64,000 nucleotides of DNA from Octopus sinensis (taxonomy: Eukaryota): positions 99,944,001-100,008,000 of the forward strand of contig NC_042999.1 in the NCBI RefSeq assembly GCF_006345805.1, read 5' to 3'. The position numbers and the translations under genes are program-made. Below, in pieces: positions 56,871 to 64,000 of this stretch; the first letter of the stretch is position 1, and every line of letters begins with the position of its first letter. Under the pieces are notes generated by a model, which had not been told where the DNA came from, ran no database searches, and saw only the letters and a program-made list of their open reading frames with translations.

Positions 56871-58668
56871 CATGTGTGTGTGTGTATATATATATATATA
56901 CATGTGTGTGCAGATGCGTGTAATTATGTGCATACATACATAGGTGTGGGTAAAATTAGTTAACCATGCATGCCCATTCAACCATAGCAAAAATACAATG
57001 GCGCATGTCCTTTTGTCATACGCCATTGTATGTTTGCTGATGTGCACACTAACTCCGCACAAAGTATTTCTTATATAGATCTGACATGCGATTTGTATAG
57101 CAAAGTTCTACACGACAGTAATTAAAAAAATTGTGACCTGAAACAGCTGCACCAATTCAATCATGAAAGCAAAGCTTACTGGATCTAAGAGAAGACTGGT
57201 ATTTCACAAGAGACTTTCTAAAAGAAACACCCAGCGATTATCGACATGAGTTGTTTGAGACTGGGTTTTGTATTCTACTGACTTTCAGCAAAACACGTGA
57301 TTCTCATTGAGCTAAATATTCTTATAAGAGTAGAATAAAGGAATCCCACATCTACAAGACTGAAAAACATGGCAATGCAGCCATTAATTGGAGAGGCTCT
57401 GGTTTTAGCGATGCTCGACAATAGGAAGAAGGAAAACGTGAAGCTAAGTTATTAGGAATTCGTAGAAGCTAGCATTATTTCCCATATAAATATCATATCC
57501 AGTTTACTAAAATTGGATTATTTATCTGTTTTATATTTTAAGGCAGGAAATGAAGATAATGAAACTAATCTAATCTGTCAAACATTATTCAGAAATACAT
57601 TTCAATAACTGCAAATAGATGATAACAATATGTCGAGCAGTGTGTATATGTGTGTGTGTGTGAGAGAGAGAGATTGTGTATGTGTGTATGTATTTATATG
57701 TATGTATAGATACATGTATTACGTGTATATATACATTCAAATATGTGTGTGTGCATATATATATATATACATGTGTGTGTGTGTATATATATATATATAC
57801 ATGTGTGTGCAGATGCGTGTAATTATGTGCATACATACATAGGTGTGGGTAAAATTAGTTAACCATGCATGCCCATTCAACCATAGCAAAAATACAATGG
57901 CGCATGTCCTTTTGTCATACGCCATTGTATGTTTGCTGATGTGCACACTAACTCCGCACAAAGTATTTCTTATATAGATCTGACATGCGATTTGTATAGC
58001 AAAGTTCTACACGACAGTAATTAAAAAAATTGTGACCTGAAACAGCTGCACCAATTCAATCATGAAAGCAAAGCTTACTGGATCTAAGAGAAGACTGGTA
58101 TTTCACAAGAGACTTTCTAAAAGAAACACCCAGCGATTATCGACATGAGTTGTTTGAGACTGGGTTTTGTATTCTACTGACTTTCAGCAAAACACGTGAT
58201 TCTCATTGAGCTAAATATTCTTATAAGAGTAGAATAAAGGAATCCCACATCTACAAGACTGAAAAACATGGCAATGCAGCCATTAATTGGAGAGGCTCTG
58301 GTTTTAGCGATGCTCGACAATAGGAAGAAGGAAAACGTGAAGCTAAGTTATTAGGAATTCGTAGAAGCTAGCATTATTTCCCATATAAATATCATATCCA
58401 GTTTACTAAAATTGGATTATTTATCTGTTTTATATTTTAAGGCAGGAAATGAAGATAATGAAACTAATCTAATCTGTCAAACATTATTCAGAAATACATT
58501 TCAATAACTGCAAATAGATGATAACAATATGTCGAGCAGTGTGTATATGTGTGTGTGTGTGAGAGAGAGAGATTGTGTATGTGTGTATGTATTTATATGT
58601 ATGTATAGATACATGTATTACGTGTATATATACATTCAAATATGTGTGTGTGCATATATATATATATA
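56871..58668. repeat. Tandem duplication, 899-bp unit
   Basis: 56871-57769 is repeated at 57770-58668 with no difference seen. The junctions are in (TG)n(TA)n. Confidence 0.95.
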
Positions 58669-60220
58669 TGTGTGTGTATATATATATATACATGTGTGTG
58701 TGTGTACGTGCATTACATAAGTATATATATCGCCTCCTTATATAGACATTCGCATACATGTGTGTGTGCGTGTGTGTTTGTGCATTTGTAATTCTCGCTT
58801 TGTTCAAATTAAACTGATTTTGCATAAAGCAACACATAAATAACAAATGTTTTCTCATCTCAAAACAATGAAAGCGAACATGTTGAGCAACGTGATAATA
58901 ATTACATGCAACATTATCGCTGCCTTCCTCTCACATTTCCTATTGCTAGTGGTAATTCTTTGTTTTAATATCCTACTGTTTTACTAAAGACCTTGCAACG
59001 AAATGTTGAAGGTAACTAATCATAAATTCCGGTTCGGTTTCTGTTTTAGTAGTAATTCCGTAAGTTAGAAGTTCAATGATAAATGACAAAGATAATGTCA
59101 ATTTCTGAGTATGGATATTCGATATTAACAAGCAAATATAAATTTGCATATTGCAAATTGTTTTTTTTTGGGGGGGGGGGCTGAAATATAGTAATATATG
59201 AATAGTGAACAGCCGTTTGCTTTCATATATACTCCCGAAGCTAATGACAGAAAAGAGCAACTACATCTGTATTTTGTATCATTACTAGTTCCTTTGAACA
59301 TCCGAACTGTAAGCTCTTTTTACTGCAGCCAACGTTTCAAGACTCTCTGCTTTTATTGATACACTTTCACATGTACTCTTTGGATAACAACCAACGCAAT
59401 CTTGGATTCTCCTTCTATAGAGTATACTCGATATCATGCGGCTAAAACGAAACGAACCAGTGTGAAACTGATAAAAGATATGTTCATTTCTGTTTAGTGT
59501 GTCATTACATTTGACACATTAACGTTTCTGACTGGGTTTACTGTCCAGTTTGTCTGATGTCGGAAGAAAATGGAAATAACTTACATAGATCTGCAACGTT
59601 AAGGAAAAAGAATAATACATAATATATAAACATTTATGAAATTTGTCTATTTGAGATGGGAAGTGACTTGCATCTGTATCAATATAAGTAATAGTATGAT
59701 ATTGCGGTCAAATCTCTGGAGGCTACGACATGCACAGAGGCAAAAGAATGATATATATTTCTTGCAAAATATATAAATTTAATAACGGATAATTTTTCTT
59801 TATTAATTTCTTTTTTTTGTCATTTTAAATATTTTCTCTTGCAAATGCCATATGCAATATAATTTCTCGGAAATCAATTCGCAATTCTTTTTGGTGTCCG
59901 AAATAATGCCCAACTGCATTTACATCGAAAATACTGCTGGGAAAGGATTAACTTCACAACATTCAAGCTCTGTTTGTAGTGATTACTAAACCTAAGGAAT
60001 GAATATTTCCTAACTGAATGACATAAAGACATAGTTCGAAATTATACATCATTACAACACTATGACTTATATTTATATTTTCAAGTATTATCTTAAATTT
60101 AAGATTTATAAAATACCTGTTTATTTAGTTTCAGTTTTAACAACTGTGAGCTTCTTGTATTCAAACAAAACTAACAGTAAAATCGGCAAAACATCCGGTA
60201 ACATTTGTATGTATGTGTGT

Positions 60221-60314
<94 letters not shown>

Positions 60315-60909
60315 ATTCAGTTCATAAAGGTTACTGATATGTAACACAAATGTTCGCTCAGTTTTATCGACAAATGATATTGCTTCTTTCAGTAACTATA
60401 ATTGTTGACAACTGCTTCTATTCCCTTTGGCTTTTATCTTGTATGAAATCACTGCCAGAACGTTTTCCGAGTGGGCATTAATCTTGTGATGAATGAAGAT
60501 ATTTAGGCCACAAAACAAAGATAACTCCTATCATAGACTTTTGTTCTATCGCATAGTTTCTTATGACAGCCAGGCGAGTTACAGCATAGTTATTGCCAGC
60601 AGATGTTTACATTGAATCAACACTGGCCTCATGTCAAACTATCGATAAATACCATGGCGCTGAAAGAATAGAGAAATAAATTCTAGGAAACAATATTCAA
60701 AAATTTTATCATGAAACATAGAGACCTACTTTTTTTTAAATATTTAGTTCAATGGCATACATGTAAGTTCCTAGTAACAGAGCATTCAATTTTCTGTATT
60801 TAAATGGATCTCATTCAAAGTATTCCTTCAGTGATATCTTATTTCTAGCTTCCAATCATTTTCATCGATTAAGAAGCCTCAGAGAGAGAGAAAAATATTT
60901 CGTCTCTAT

Positions 60910-60928
60910 TTCGATAGTGCTTTAACGT

Positions 60929-60989
<61 letters not shown>

Positions 60990-61251
60990 ATGTATGTATG
61001 TATGTATGTATGTGTATATATGTATATATGTATGCATGTTTGTATATATGTATGTATGGATGCATGTATTTGTACATCAAACATGCTGTACCGGCACATT
61101 TACATATATATATATATATGGACGCATACACCCATATGTAAGTGAGACTGTGTGTTGTATGGTATATATATATATATATTATATATATATATATATACAT
61201 ATATATATAGGCATGTATGTATGCATATATAAACATATATTACACACACAC

Positions 61252-61290
<39 letters not shown>

Positions 61291-61418
61291 TGTATTTATG
61301 CATATATATATATATACATATATACATATAGACATGTATGTATGCATATATATATATACATATATATATAGGCATGTATGTATGCATATATATATACATA
61401 TATATATAGACATGTATG

Positions 61419-61500
<82 letters not shown>

Positions 61501-61525
61501 TGTATGTATGCATATGTATGTATGC
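60910..61525. repeat. Compound microsatellite tract, representative of dozens in the window
   Basis: (TA)n/(TATG)n with a repeating higher-order unit TAGRCATGTATGTATGCATATA. Confidence 0.95.
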
Positions 61526-61794
61526 AAATGTTAATGTAAATGATAATGTTTTGATATGAGCAAGGATGAAATGGAGATAATTTACGATTATATTTCTAAA
61601 ATGGTTATAAAAAGCAGTCGTTTAATACAATTTCGAAATGGATTCAGACTTATTTTCTGATATCCAATAGAAAACTAAAATACTTTTGATTTTTTTTTAG
61701 TTTCATAAAATATATTACCAAGTAAAATGTCCAAGTGCATGTGCACATGCGTGCATAAGGTATATATTACATATAATAATGCGTAGCTATAAAT

Positions 61795-61828
<34 letters not shown>

Positions 61829-63100
61829 TTAGATATTTACATCTATATGTATATGCGTGTATATATGATACATATGTAAAGTGAGAGAGGGAGAGATGGA
61901 GTTTGTGTGTGTGTTTATATGTGTGCGTGTGCTAGAGGGAGAGAGAGAAGAACCACCGGAAACAGTAACACAATCGAACAACAATGCAAAACGGATGTAT
62001 ACAAACAAAATTTTAAACTCTCAAAAACACGACAATGCTCCTCCTGGGGATCCTGTGTGGCCTTGTTGGTTCGAATATCTTTAGGACTTGTCTCTTCTGC
62101 CCCTTGTTTATAATATATTTTCTTTCTCACCCCTAACGTGACCTTTCGCCTATACTCCGATAAAAGCAAGGATTCTGTGTAATTGTAGATAGCTCTGACT
62201 TCCATTCCTGTGTTTTATGCCCGAAATTAAAAGAAAAGCCCAATGCCCTTCCCGGGGAATAGGCACATACGCCGTTTCCTGGACTCTGTGGATTACATAT
62301 ATACACATACACACAACCCAGGACGGGATGTGAGTCCATCACAGGATTACTCACTTTTGCCAACTGCTGCTGAGTGAACTGGAATGGCAGTAAAATGAAA
62401 CGTTTTCATCAAGAATACAAGGCGACGCTCAGTGAAGGAATCGAAACCATAACCTCACACTTATGATCGCAGTACTGTGTTTTCTAGCTCAAAATTGAAA
62501 AAGATGACAGGGTTACATTCAACAGTTCTTTTGTTGTATTAAAACCCCTGTCATTCTTGTTGGCAATATAAATATTTTTCTCTGCTTCCTCAGATAGATG
62601 TTACGTGCTGTGCCTCGCCCATATTAGGTCTTTCTCCAGCAAAAGTTCATGTTAAAATATGTTGCAATGCTTAGTTCGCCGGTGAATATGCATCACTTTT
62701 CATTTAGCATGCAGTTTACTGACAATCTTTCCACTCCAGTTATTCTCATTCGTATGCCGTTTTCTTTTGTTTTAGTTCAGCATTTATATGTTCCGCTTCA
62801 ATAAAATTCCCATTCTCTTCTTCTACTAACGAACTGTGTTTTTTTCCTTTATTTTGTTTGGTGTAGCTCGGATATTTCGGAACCAGTTTTCTGTATGAAG
62901 CAAATGTATCTTTAAATGTTTGTGTGTGTGTATGCGTGTGTGTGTGTGTTCGTGTGTTTATCTTTGAATGTATATACATGTATATCCATATATACAAAAA
63001 GGATATATACATACATATGCATGTGTCTGTGCATATGTGTGTATTTATCTATGTGTGTGGGTATTTGTGTGTGTGTGTATTTATACATGTATTTATATAT

Positions 63101-63261
63101 ACGTAGTGAAATGTTATAGGCTTTGGGTAAAGAAAATACTGCCGAATCAGTTATGATTTTTTAAAAATATATTCACACACTTATTGCAGCAATCCTTCAG
63201 TCCTTCCAGCCAGGCCCTTCCCGATACCCTTAAAACCAGAAACTTTTCATCACACTCTCGT
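63101..63261 (-). mobile_element. Internally deleted mariner-like remnant
   Basis: The minus strand reads EGLKDCCNKCV (like the mariner C-terminal RWxKCV) between degenerate TIR-like ends (CGAGAGTGTGATGAAAAGTTTCTGG and CGTAGTGAAATGTTATAGG). Confidence 0.4.
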
Positions 63262-63369
63262 GTATGCACACACACACACGTGTATATATATAAATACGAT
63301 GGGCTCTCCTGTCGAAAACGACGAATGTGTGTTCTGCTTTTTTTTTGCCGAATGACCCGCACAAATTAA

Positions 63370-63588
63370 TTGTTTATAGTGGGCAAATGCTTGTGCCGCA
63401 CATTAGCTCACTCCGTCCCATTAAAACGAGATTGTCTGAACAGGTACACGGTGTACCACGCTTCAAGTGATCGTAGAGCAGCATGAGATGACATTTTTGC
63501 TCAAGAGATCACAACGTACCGACCGGTCTAGGAATTGAAACCACGACCACGCGATTGTGAGTCCAACATCCTAACCACTTGGCCATTC

Positions 63589-63590
<2 letters not shown>
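63370..63590 (-). mobile_element. tRNA-derived SINE (family A/D-like head)
   Basis: Minus strand TGGCCAAGTGGTTAGG...GGTTTCAATTCC...CTTGAGCAAAAA. Confidence 0.7.
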
Positions 63591-63628
<38 letters not shown>

Positions 63629-63652
63629 TATATATATATATATATATATATA

Positions 63653-63982
63653 CGTGGCACCTTGGGCAAGTGTCTTCCACTATAGCCTCGGGCTGACAAA
63701 AGCCTTGTGAGTGGATTTGGTAGACAGAAACTAAAAGAAGACCGTTGAATATATGTCTGTGGGGGGGTTGTATGTTAGCCTGACTTTGTCCCACCACCAC
63801 TACAATCGCTTGACAACCGATGTTGATGTGCTTACGTCCCCGTAACTTAGCGGTTCGGCAAAAGACACCGATAGGATCAGTACTAAGCTTACAAAGAATA
63901 AGTTCTGAGGTTGATTTGTTCGACTAAAGGCGGTGCTCCAGCATGACCACAATCAAATGACTGGAACAAATAAAAGATAAAA
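63653..63982 (+). mobile_element. SINE family B, 5'-truncated
   Basis: Matches 43348-43690. Confidence 0.8.
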
Positions 63983-64000
63983 TATATAAGAATACACACA

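Overview
AT-rich animal genomic DNA, dense in (TA)n, (CA)n, (CATA)n, (GATA)n and (TAA)n microsatellites. The repeat landscape looks like an octopus/coleoid cephalopod, which is my inference from the SINE and microsatellite types. There is no intact protein-coding gene, and almost all listed ORFs are translated microsatellites. The content is decayed transposable elements: mariner, DD37D maT, Penelope-like elements (PLE) with GIY-YIG, R4/Dong-like RLE LINEs, probable RTE and CR1 fragments, a Helitron, a Mutator-type MITE with a perfect 9-bp TSD, and several tRNA-derived SINE families. There is also one ~1-kb palindrome, two near-exact tandem duplications and a possible terminal exon at 1437-1583. 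The most interesting signal is RNA structure. Besides several ordinary minimal type I hammerhead ribozymes of PLE type, a repeat at 6.0-8.8 kb (three copies, two subfamilies) carries every conserved hammerhead core element. The strand order is not one of the three circular permutations, the fold is apparently braced by a consensus kink-turn, and there are compensatory changes between subfamilies. All pairings were derived by eye; no folding or database search was run.
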